This document shows positions 19,396 to 28,023 of a DNA stretch of 64,000 bases, piece by piece; the stretch's first letter is position 1; every line of letters begins with the position of its first letter. Origin of the DNA: Promethearchaeota archaeon (lineage in GTDB: Archaea > Asgardarchaeota > Lokiarchaeia > Sigyniarchaeales > SOKP01); NCBI GenBank assembly GCA_011364925.1, contig RDOA01000018.1:1012-65011 (forward strand), given 5' to 3'. The translations under genes and the position numbers were made by a program. The notes under the pieces are model-generated. The model saw only the letters and a list, made by a program, of their open reading frames with translations. It was not told the origin of the DNA and made no database searches.

Positions 19396-21126
19396 ATGGA
19401 AGAAAGTTTACGATTCATATACGAGAAGGAGTATTGGTACATTAGCGCTTTCATAAACACAAATGAGTTTATTGGTGAAACAAAAGCGGAAGAAATCGAA
19501 GCGTTACTGTTGAACAGGTTAAAAAATCTTACTGAAAATGATTTAATCAAAGCCTATAACTTTTTAGATAAATACCCAAACGCTGAAGAGAAGAAGAGAA
19601 CTTTAGCGAATATGGTAAAATCAATAGATATAGAATGTGATTGGGAACCCTTTTTTCAGAATTTTCCCTACACAGACGAAAAAAATCCTTATACTGAAGA
19701 TAACAAGAATTTAACTTATAATACCTTGGGTTATTTTAAATTGGAAGTAGAATATTATAAAAACGAACCTTTCCATAAGGAAACTATAACGCCCGATATA
19801 TTACAGCAAATACCTTTTATTTCCATTGACATCCTCAAGGAATTTAATAAAAAAAAAGAAAACCAATACCTTATACTTGATCTTGAGAGTCCAATATATA
19901 TATTTGTTATATCTAAGAAAATAAAGCCGATAGAAGTTCAATGGACTGATGAAAACATACAAAAATATAGAAAAAGCATTGGAACATGGACACAATTATA
20001 TTCGGGTCAATGGACGGATTACTCAGATGATCTTTTTAAAAGGAGAATTAAAGATAACCTAACTAATCGGTTATCAGAATTACAATACATTGGAAGAAAT
20101 TCTGGATTTATTTACATGGTTCCACAGAATTTCGAAACTGAATTCGATTATATAAATCAAGTAATATTAGATCCAACACCTAAGATAAGGGCCGTTCTTT
20201 TTGCTCTCATGTCAATTAACAATTCTCTTGACATTTTGTTTATGAAGAGGTACTCGGATGTCTTTATGGATATAAAAAAGATTGAAGAAAAAACGAATAA
20301 TCTTAGATTTTTAAGAGGAATGATCCAAACTAAAATGAGCCTTATTTACAGTGAATTAGATTGGAATCCGAGAGAACATTACATTCGGATTCTAACACAT
20401 CTATTGAAGATCTTTCGCATAGAGGTAATTATTGACCGAGTAAACGACAAGTTTAAAACGCTTTACGATACATTACTGGAATTATATACTAAAAGAAACG
20501 AAGAAAATCAAAAGAGTACTAAGAAAGCAGTTAACCTCTTGAGCGGTATATTTGGCGCTGGATTCGTAATTGATTTTGTTAATGCTCTTAGACTTGCAGC
20601 TGGAGTTGGAGATGAAGAAATTACCATCAGGATTTTATATATTACAATCTCTATAATTTTAGGAGCAAGCTTTTTCGCTTTATTTATTTACTTTATTCTT
20701 GGGAGATTCAAGAGTAGAAAATTAAATTTTGGTCATACAGTTGATGCGGTTATCCAAGATGACAATAAAAATATAATTTTAATTAAAAGAAGATATGCTC
20801 CTTATAAAGGTAAATACGCCCTTCCTGGTGGATTTATTAAATATGACGAGGATCCAGAACAAGCAGTCATTCGAGAAGTTCGCGAAGAAACGAATCTTGC
20901 AGTAAAAATCATCAGCAAGATTGGGACATACGATCAAAAAGGAAGAGATCCAAGGGGAAAGATCGTTTCTACTGCGTTTAAGTGTCGTCCAGTTAAAGAC
21001 TTCTCAATGGCAATGGAAGGAGACGACGCTTCACGAGTAGAGGTTGTTCCTATTGACAAACTGAAAAACCTTGAGTTTGCGTTCGATCACAACCAAATTT
21101 TAAAAGATGCAGGAATTTTAAAATAA
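19396..21126 (+). CDS. CorA-like helical/two-TM protein fused to a C-terminal ADP-ribose-type Nudix domain
   Basis: Long amphipathic helices then 2 TMs; Nudix box GGFIKYDEDPEQAVIREVREETNL with RDPR and FAFDH motifs. Nudix is secure, the CorA-like call is inference. Confidence 0.8.
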   Translation: MEESLRFIYEKEYWYISAFINTNEFIGETKAEEIEALLLNRLKNLTENDLIKAYNFLDKYPNAEEKKRTLANMVKSIDIECDWEPFFQNFPYTDEKNPYTEDNKNLTYNTLGYFKLEVEYYKNEPFHKETITPDILQQIPFISIDILKEFNKKKENQYLILDLESPIYIFVISKKIKPIEVQWTDENIQKYRKSIGTWTQLYSGQWTDYSDDLFKRRIKDNLTNRLSELQYIGRNSGFIYMVPQNFETEFDYINQVILDPTPKIRAVLFALMSINNSLDILFMKRYSDVFMDIKKIEEKTNNLRFLRGMIQTKMSLIYSELDWNPREHYIRILTHLLKIFRIEVIIDRVNDKFKTLYDTLLELYTKRNEENQKSTKKAVNLLSGIFGAGFVIDFVNALRLAAGVGDEEITIRILYITISIILGASFFALFIYFILGRFKSRKLNFGHTVDAVIQDDNKNIILIKRRYAPYKGKYALPGGFIKYDEDPEQAVIREVREETNLAVKIISKIGTYDQKGRDPRGKIVSTAFKCRPVKDFSMAMEGDDASRVEVVPIDKLKNLEFAFDHNQILKDAGILK

Positions 21127-21132
21127 AACTTA

Positions 21133-21146
21133 TTTTTTCTTTTTTT
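21133..21146 (+). terminator. Poly-T archaeal-type terminator candidate
   Basis: TTTTTTCTTTTTTT immediately after the Nudix-fusion stop codon. Confidence 0.45.
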
Positions 21147-21184
21147 CATTAAAAATTGATATTGAAGCTATCGAAGTTTAAGTC

Positions 21185-21625
21185 CTATGCTTCGTATTGA
21201 ATAGGCTCAATAGCCCCTTCAGGACAAGATAATTCGCATTTAAGACATCCTTGACATTTGGAAATTTCACTATACTTGTATCTAATTCCAAGTTCTTTTC
21301 CCTTAACTCCTGATACATCATCTTTATAAAATAGATTTTGTGGACAAAATTTTCCGTTTTCATCTAAACATTTTTCACACAAATTGCATTTTTCATGATC
21401 AATCTTTATACTAACCACTTGATTGGCACGTGTGATAGAAGTTACCTGAACTGCGTTTCTTGGACACACCATAACACAACTAAGGCAAGCTTTACATTTT
21501 GCGTAATCTACTTTTCGAACCCCATGCTCAAAGTAGATTGCATTAGCTTTACATGCGCGTAAGCATCGCTCACACCTTAAACATTGCTCCTGATCTATCT
21601 GAACTGGGATGAAAGTTTCTTTGAT
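21185..21625 (-). CDS. Polyferredoxin with four [4Fe-4S]-type motifs; probable ATC start at 21625
   Basis: Frame extends 51 codons upstream of the ORF-track start, adding CLRCERCLRAC and completing CKACLSCVMVCP; also CNLCEKC...CP and CQGCLKCELSCP; GAAGGT SD-like motif upstream. Confidence 0.88.
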   Translation of the reverse strand: MKETFIPVQIDQEQCLRCERCLRACKANAIYFEHGVRKVDYAKCKACLSCVMVCPRNAVQVTSITRANQVVSIKIDHEKCNLCEKCLDENGKFCPQNLFYKDDVSGVKGKELGIRYKYSEISKCQGCLKCELSCPEGAIEPIQYEA

Positions 21626-21748
21626 ATGGCCTTACCTTCTCAAATTACCTATTCTAAAACTAGAAATAATCAACAAATTTTAAAATTAGGTTTTATAAAA
21701 AATTAAGTTGGTTGCTCAAAATCATAACCTAAAAAATGAGAAAAAAAA

Positions 21749-22549
21749 TTATTGAAAATACTGTGTGTATCCTTCCTTGGGACGCTCGGGGAGTTGCTGT
21801 TGATTCTGGTACTGCTGCGCTTTTTCGGCTAGTTCAAGCATTTTCGCTTTAATTTCTTTGCCTTCTTCTATCAATTTCGATGTCTCGATGTTTAAATTGT
21901 AAATTTTATTCAATACTTCTATAATTGCTGCGGCCCCTTCTGGAGTTGGAATCTCTAATACAGGAGTGAATAAAGCATATGCTTTTAATCTATTTGATAA
22001 CGCTTCGTTTAAAACTGTAGCCTCAGCCCCTACAATTATGCCCTTTTCAACTTTTTTAAGTTCGAACTTTTCTAAAGCCTCAATCATATCTGCTTCAGCA
22101 GCGTAATAAACTGGATAATCGTCGATTATTCCACGCTGAGGTATACCTTGAAAAATTACGACTTCTTTTGCCTTTACATCTTCAGAGAGTAGCCAATTAT
22201 TAATTGTTTTAGACAAATCGTTATAAGCAGTTGCTACTTGGAAAGGTACTTCTGAGATGCCAATAATGAGATTATGCATAGGAGAGTAGTAAATTCTAAA
22301 CGGATGTTTCAATACTCCTTCGTAAAACACGGAAATGGGGGGAAGATACTCACTTGTTACGAACCCTATCTCTATAATATCTGGGATCTGCTCGATTAAG
22401 GCGTTCGACACGATTGGCCCTATTAATCCAACTCCCGCAAAGCCCAAAATCATCGTTGCTCCTGGTTTGATCTCAGTTTTTAAATCCTCGATTATTATCG
22501 ATGATTTTTTCCCTTTATCGCAAACATATTCTTTTTTTACCATCTTCAT
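21749..22549 (-). CDS. PAC2-family proteasome assembly chaperone-like protein
   Basis: GFAGVGLIGPIVSNAL, HPFRIY, PTPEGAAAII, LIEEGKEI; C-terminus YTQYFQ. Confidence 0.85.
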   Translation of the reverse strand: MKMVKKEYVCDKGKKSSIIIEDLKTEIKPGATMILGFAGVGLIGPIVSNALIEQIPDIIEIGFVTSEYLPPISVFYEGVLKHPFRIYYSPMHNLIIGISEVPFQVATAYNDLSKTINNWLLSEDVKAKEVVIFQGIPQRGIIDDYPVYYAAEADMIEALEKFELKKVEKGIIVGAEATVLNEALSNRLKAYALFTPVLEIPTPEGAAAIIEVLNKIYNLNIETSKLIEEGKEIKAKMLELAEKAQQYQNQQQLPERPKEGYTQYFQ

Positions 22550-22735
22550 TTCCTTCTAAAATAATGATTTAATTGCTTTTTCTAATTATTAATGTAAATC
22601 CTTATAATATTAATATTTTGATATCATAGAATAAAATAAATAAAAAAAACCCAAATGACTGCTTTTTAAATTAAATATTAAAAATTTGACAGACTATAGA
22701 TCATAATAATTCAATAACAATTTGAGGATTATTAA

Positions 22736-23533
22736 TTGCTATTAGAGCTTAAGGAAGTAACTATTCCAACCCTTGACCAAAAGTGTGTTATTATAAATGA
22801 GGTTTCTTTTGGAATTAAAGAAGGTTCGATTCATGCGATTATCGGACCAAACGGTTCTGGCAAATCAACCTTAGCATATGCTATTATGGGATTAGGAAAT
22901 TATAAAGTATTGCACGGGAAGATATTATTTGATGGATTTGATATTACTAATCTGAGTATTACTGAAAGGGCAAAGCTTGGAATTACTTTAGCGTGGCAAG
23001 AGCCAGCAAGAATCGATGGTTTATCAGTATACAGATATATTACACTAGGTTTGAAGGACACAACAAAAATGAGAGAAAAAGTCGTTGAAGCTTTAAATAT
23101 TGTCAATTTAGAACCCGAGAAGTATATCAACCGGAAGATTGATGAATCGCTAAGTGGAGGAGAAAGAAAAAGAGTAGAATTGGCAGCAGCAATCGCAATG
23201 GAACCTCGATTAATTATATTGGACGAACCAGATAGTGGTTTAGATTTTATCGTTCTGGAGGACTTTATGAATATTTTTGAAAAGATAAAACGGTTAAACA
23301 TGACTATCTTATTAATTACTCATCGTGAAGATATAGGAATGGTAGCAGATTATGGTACGCTGTTATGGCGTGGCGACCATATTATAACAGATGTGTTTCC
23401 AAAGGTAATGCTTAGATACTGTGCCAAAGCTGGGCTTAAAGAGTTTTGTAAAAGAACTTTATTTAAAGATGGAGCAATATGCTTTGATGACGAATATATT
23501 GATAGAATATTCAGAGAAGAAGGTGTCTCATGA
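22736..23533 (+). CDS. sufC: SufC/SmsC-like ABC ATPase
   Basis: GPNGSGKST, AWQEP, LSGGERKR, LDEPDSGLD, ITH; C-terminal Cys residues; overlaps the downstream SufBD gene. Confidence 0.9.
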   Translation: MLLELKEVTIPTLDQKCVIINEVSFGIKEGSIHAIIGPNGSGKSTLAYAIMGLGNYKVLHGKILFDGFDITNLSITERAKLGITLAWQEPARIDGLSVYRYITLGLKDTTKMREKVVEALNIVNLEPEKYINRKIDESLSGGERKRVELAAAIAMEPRLIILDEPDSGLDFIVLEDFMNIFEKIKRLNMTILLITHREDIGMVADYGTLLWRGDHIITDVFPKVMLRYCAKAGLKEFCKRTLFKDGAICFDDEYIDRIFREEGVS

Positions 23534-24501
23534 AAAATATCGATTACCCAACAGAGATTTTGCAGAGTCTTGAAGATTATAAAATAGATTTTCGGGAGTT
23601 TTTACCCGGACATGGCAAAGGTGCTAAACTATTATTAAACTTTAATAAAATATCTGGGATCGAGCAAGTCGATGGGATTATACTTAAAGGTCGTGAAATT
23701 CCAAACGGAATCATTGCTGATGTTCTTATAAAAAAAGGAACAAAAGTTGAAGAACCGGTTCATTTATGTTTCGGGATAAATAAAGAAACGGGAATTCAAG
23801 AGATTTTCCCAAGAATAATCGCTGAGGATAACACGAATGTAAAAATTCAAGCTCACTGTAGCTTTCCAAACGCAGATGGGTTGACTCATAAAATGTTTGG
23901 TCATTTTTACATAGGAAAAAATTGTGAAGTTACATACAGTGAAACTCATTACCATGGTGAGAATAGTGGAGCTTTAGTTGCTCCAGTAAGTTATATATAT
24001 GTTGGAGAAAATAGTGTCTTTGAAAATAATTTTAATCTCACTAAAGGAACTCCTGGTAAGGTAAAAATCTTAATTGATATTTACGCATTGGATAATAGTG
24101 TTGTGAGATCAAATGTGAAAGCGTATGGTAAAAATAGTAAAGACTCAATTAGAATTAGAGATTCAGTATTTCTTGAAGGTGAAAATGCAAGAAGTGTAAT
24201 AAAGTTGAAAGCTGCTGCGAAAGATGGAGGTGAAGTTTTAATGTACGGTATTACAGAAGGAAATGCTCCACATTGCAATGGACACGTTGAATGCAGTGAA
24301 ATAGTCCTTGGGCGTGGTTCTATCTGCAGAGCTCGCCCTTTCATTAGAGCCACCGATCCAACTTCAAGCGTCTCGCATGAAGCATCTTTAGGAAGATTTC
24401 CGCAAAAATGGCTAGATGAACTTATGGCCAAGGGTTTATCCGAAGAGGAAGCAACAAATATTCTAATAGAAGCAATGCTTCAAGAAGAAGAGAAGTTTTA
24501 A
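23530..24501 (+). CDS. sufB: SufB/SufD-family (SmsB-like) Fe-S assembly protein
   Basis: PVHLCFG, AHCSFPNA, GHVECSEI, SHEASLG, LMAKGLSEEEA. Confidence 0.9.
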   Translation: MKNIDYPTEILQSLEDYKIDFREFLPGHGKGAKLLLNFNKISGIEQVDGIILKGREIPNGIIADVLIKKGTKVEEPVHLCFGINKETGIQEIFPRIIAEDNTNVKIQAHCSFPNADGLTHKMFGHFYIGKNCEVTYSETHYHGENSGALVAPVSYIYVGENSVFENNFNLTKGTPGKVKILIDIYALDNSVVRSNVKAYGKNSKDSIRIRDSVFLEGENARSVIKLKAAAKDGGEVLMYGITEGNAPHCNGHVECSEIVLGRGSICRARPFIRATDPTSSVSHEASLGRFPQKWLDELMAKGLSEEEATNILIEAMLQEEEKF

Positions 24502-24552
24502 TTATAGATATAAAAAGGTAAAAAGCATAAAAAGAAGGAATGTGATATAAAA

Positions 24553-25071
24553 ATGAGTGAAAACAAAATAAAGAAAGGAGATAAAGCTCCTTTGTTCAGA
24601 ATTGATTCCTATAATGCGGGAACGGTTGATTTAGGAGAGATTATAGGAAAACAAAAGATAGTGTTAATTTTCTCGCGGTATTTTGGTTGTCCGCTATGCC
24701 AATTGGATTTAAATATACTTTTGGAAAAAGTCTCTGAGATAAAAGGTAAAGGAGCTAAGTTACTTTACGTAACTCAATCTGGTGAAAAGATCGCGAAAGA
24801 GTATATTGAAAAATACAATATTGACTTTCCCGTAATACCATCAACCAAAGACGAATTATACGCAGACTACGGATTAGGGTTAATGACAGCTGAAGCCGTG
24901 GCAAATGTGAAAAGTAAATTTAAAGAAGCAACCAAATTAGGACTTCAACACGGAGAATATGAAGGTTGGGAGAAGCAAGGTCCAGGACAATTCGTGATTG
25001 ATGAGCAAGGAACTATAATTCACGAGAGAAAAGGATGGTTGTTGCTTCCAGAGATATTTGAAGTATTATAG
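24553..25071 (+). CDS. Peroxiredoxin-like AhpC/TSA-family protein
   Basis: GDKAP, FSRYFGCPLC, PGQFVID. Confidence 0.85.
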   Translation: MSENKIKKGDKAPLFRIDSYNAGTVDLGEIIGKQKIVLIFSRYFGCPLCQLDLNILLEKVSEIKGKGAKLLYVTQSGEKIAKEYIEKYNIDFPVIPSTKDELYADYGLGLMTAEAVANVKSKFKEATKLGLQHGEYEGWEKQGPGQFVIDEQGTIIHERKGWLLLPEIFEVL

Positions 25072-25123
25072 GGAGATTTCAAACTAATAATTTTAAAAGT
25101 TATATGTTAAATATGATGCAAGG

Positions 25124-25768
25124 ATGAAAGAGGACAGAAAATACCAAAATTATCGTTTTAGAGGAGCGATTAATGTCGATGAAATTGAACCTTGGTTCGA
25201 TTTCGGGACAGCAAAGCCTTGGGATGATTTGGACGTACCATGGGTATTGGATAATAAGGTAAGACGAGAGATTTTAATCACGCTCGCCAAAAGCCCAAAA
25301 ACTTTTGAAGAATTACATGAAAATCTTAAGTTTTCCCCAAAGCCTCTTTTAATTTCGAGAGAAGAATACGAATGTGAACTAAAATATCAATGGATTAAGG
25401 AAACCCTCAAAAATCACTTGTTGAATTTGGAATTGTATAATTTAGTGAGAGTACAGGATAATAAGTATACAATAACTTTTCCAATTTTTCCTATGGAAAC
25501 ATTAAACGATATGGAAGTGTACGTTTTAAAGTTTGCGGAGAGTTGGGTAAAAGTTGTTAATGATACTAAGGAAGAAATCAAAAATCAGCTTAATTTCTAC
25601 GAAGATAAAAAGAAATTATATGGTATTCTTATCGAGAAAGCACTCGAGAAACTATTTGAACTTTTAAAAAGTCAAAACCTGCTTCCTAATGAACCAAATA
25701 TTAGACTATTATGGGCAGAACAACTTAGAAGGATTAAATTTGAAGAATGGCTTGAAAATAACTTTTAA
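25124..25768 (+). CDS. Hypothetical protein with ArsR-like wHTH
   Basis: LDNKVRREILITLAKSPKTFEEL...LKNHLLNLELYNLV. Confidence 0.6.
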   Translation: MKEDRKYQNYRFRGAINVDEIEPWFDFGTAKPWDDLDVPWVLDNKVRREILITLAKSPKTFEELHENLKFSPKPLLISREEYECELKYQWIKETLKNHLLNLELYNLVRVQDNKYTITFPIFPMETLNDMEVYVLKFAESWVKVVNDTKEEIKNQLNFYEDKKKLYGILIEKALEKLFELLKSQNLLPNEPNIRLLWAEQLRRIKFEEWLENNF

Positions 25769-25991
25769 AAAAACTTTTTTATATTTTTTTGATCTTGTTT
25801 TGTAGTTGATGAATTATACAAATTTATGTAAAATCTATTTAGTCGGCTTTTAAAGTATATAAAGGTATTATCTGCATATCACTAAGTTTCAATAGAACAA
25901 GAATTCTGATTTCTATATATATGTGGATATTCCAAGGCTATTATCTGAATATCTACGAACTGAGAAGTAGTCGAATAAAATACGCTTTAGG

Positions 25992-26264
25992 TTGCCGATT
26001 ATGATAACTTCAAGATTTAGCAATTCTGAACCTATTCTCAATCTTAAAGATTTATTTTACGATGAAGCTGTAAAGGAAGAATTTAAGGCAAAAATTGAAC
26101 AATTACCAGAAAAAAGTAAGAGATCAAGTTTAAAATTACTCGAAGAAATTCAAACCGTATTACAAAGGTGCACCCACTTAAATGAAAAACAAAGATTAAT
26201 GTATTGTGAGAGTCAGAGGTATTTTATGAAACAATATTTACGCGAGATGAATAAACAACCATAA
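25992..26264 (+). CDS. Small helical hypothetical protein (start possibly the ATG at 26001)
   Basis: 90-aa ORF with genome-typical composition; AGGTTG upstream of the ATG. Confidence 0.55.
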   Translation: MPIMITSRFSNSEPILNLKDLFYDEAVKEEFKAKIEQLPEKSKRSSLKLLEEIQTVLQRCTHLNEKQRLMYCESQRYFMKQYLREMNKQP

Positions 26265-26267
26265 AAG

Positions 26268-28007
26268 TTATTCTACATAATATTTTCTTACTTCTTCTAT
26301 AACTAAATTAATCAAATCTTTATTGTTTTTTATCGTGTAAAAAGTAACCTTTGATATTAAGTCTTTAAATCTTTCTTTAGGGAGATTAGCAGCACCAATG
26401 AAGAATCCTACTACTTTATGACCCTGATAAACTAAATTGAGAAGTAATTTCTTTGCGCTATTCCAATTGTAAATTCCAAAGTCAGTTATAATGAAAACTA
26501 AGGCTTCTCTTTCTGATTTTTCACACTGCTTAACGATCGCTTCTACAGGTAATTGCGTCCCTCCTCCTTGATATCTCAAAAGAATCTGTTCTGCTTTATG
26601 ATAGCTATCAGTCCAATCACATACATCTGCTCGATTAGAAAAGTTTATTACACTAAATTTAGCACCTTTATTAGCGGCAAAATGGAGTGCTGCAAACGAT
26701 GCCAGTAGAGCCGTATGATAGAAACCGCTAGCTTTCTTTGCTAAATAATTCCATTTCATTGAACCTGAAGAGTCAAGAACGAGTAATAAATCGGGAATTC
26801 GTTTCTCCACTAAATGTCCCTCTCCTAATCTTTTAGTCCATTTTCGCGTAGTTATATTTGGTATAATAATTGGGCTATTTAGCACGGTTTGAACAATATC
26901 CAATTCTTCTATAGGTTCTCCTAAGCGCCATACTTCAGGATAGATTGGAAGTTGCCCTCCAGGTTTTTCCTCATATATTTTAATTTGGATCAAATCTTTT
27001 GCGAGTCCCCTATACCACGTTGCTAACGGATTTCCATCTATCAATATTCCTGCCTGACCAGCAGGAGCTCCAAATTCTGAGTACGGTGTTTCTTTCGCGA
27101 ATTCCCCTGCTTTTTGTCTTAACTCGTCTTCATTTCCCCTATTTAACTTGTCTCGATTTTTATTTTCTAGCGGATTATCCATAACTTCTAAAATATCTTC
27201 AGGAAACTCCACAATAGAACCACCTCTCCCTTGAGATTTGCGATTAGACTTGCCATCACTTGATGATGTTCTGGGACCAATCAGCGTAAAAGTATTATTT
27301 ACGAGAGTTTTTAAATGATAAGCTATTTTAGAAACTTTAACTTCCCAAAGAGTCTCATCTTCAAAATCTTTTTTTACAACATTCACAACTCTGTTTGCTA
27401 CTCCATCGACACTAGAAAGTAAATCATCTTGAGCTATTTGGGTGTCTAAAAGTTTTTCGTAGCTTCGAAAGAGGAATTTTGAAAATTCACTCAAGTTGTT
27501 TTTAGATTTTTCTACTAAATTGTTGTATGTCTTAATAAGTTCCCAAGACATTAAATCGGGGTGCTTCTGATGAAGTTTGGTATCAATTACAAAATCTGCG
27601 AAAATGTTTACGACAATTGGAGCGAAAATCTCGTTTACATTAATCATTGCGGCTTTTAACAGCTTGGCATTTATTAAACCGTCGTATGGAATAATTAGAT
27701 AATGAGAAACCTCATGAAGCGCGATTACATAGAAGTAATCTATATAATCTTTATCTTCTATGAAAATAGGCGTGTTTGCGAGATTCATCGTGATTTTCCA
27801 TTTATCTTGGGGGTCAATATAAAATCCTTCTAGATTAGTGTAATCAAAGATAAAATTAGGGCTATCCAATGGTGGGAAAAAAAAATCCTTTTGCGTTTTA
27901 GACCAAGCGGTTTTAGCTAACTCGATAATATGCTGTTCTTTTTGATTTAGAGGTTTCTCCGGGAGAGTTCTATTGAATTGAATTCTACTTTTCTTTTTTT
28001 TAGTCAT
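26268..28007 (-). CDS. vWA-domain protein with N-terminal HExxH zincin-like domain
   Basis: ALHEVSHY...NIFAD; MIDAS DSSGSM, GGT, ITD. Confidence 0.85.
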   Translation of the reverse strand: MTKKKKSRIQFNRTLPEKPLNQKEQHIIELAKTAWSKTQKDFFFPPLDSPNFIFDYTNLEGFYIDPQDKWKITMNLANTPIFIEDKDYIDYFYVIALHEVSHYLIIPYDGLINAKLLKAAMINVNEIFAPIVVNIFADFVIDTKLHQKHPDLMSWELIKTYNNLVEKSKNNLSEFSKFLFRSYEKLLDTQIAQDDLLSSVDGVANRVVNVVKKDFEDETLWEVKVSKIAYHLKTLVNNTFTLIGPRTSSSDGKSNRKSQGRGGSIVEFPEDILEVMDNPLENKNRDKLNRGNEDELRQKAGEFAKETPYSEFGAPAGQAGILIDGNPLATWYRGLAKDLIQIKIYEEKPGGQLPIYPEVWRLGEPIEELDIVQTVLNSPIIIPNITTRKWTKRLGEGHLVEKRIPDLLLVLDSSGSMKWNYLAKKASGFYHTALLASFAALHFAANKGAKFSVINFSNRADVCDWTDSYHKAEQILLRYQGGGTQLPVEAIVKQCEKSEREALVFIITDFGIYNWNSAKKLLLNLVYQGHKVVGFFIGAANLPKERFKDLISKVTFYTIKNNKDLINLVIEEVRKYYVE

Positions 28008-28023
28008 TTGAGCTTTTCTCTAT

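Noticed and set aside
25800-25965. Possible C/D-box sRNA or SECIS-like element (TTGATGA with several CTGA, small hairpins)
   Set aside because: Box spacing is too long for a typical archaeal C/D guide, motifs are expected by chance in AT-rich DNA, and no neighbouring gene shows an in-frame Sec codon
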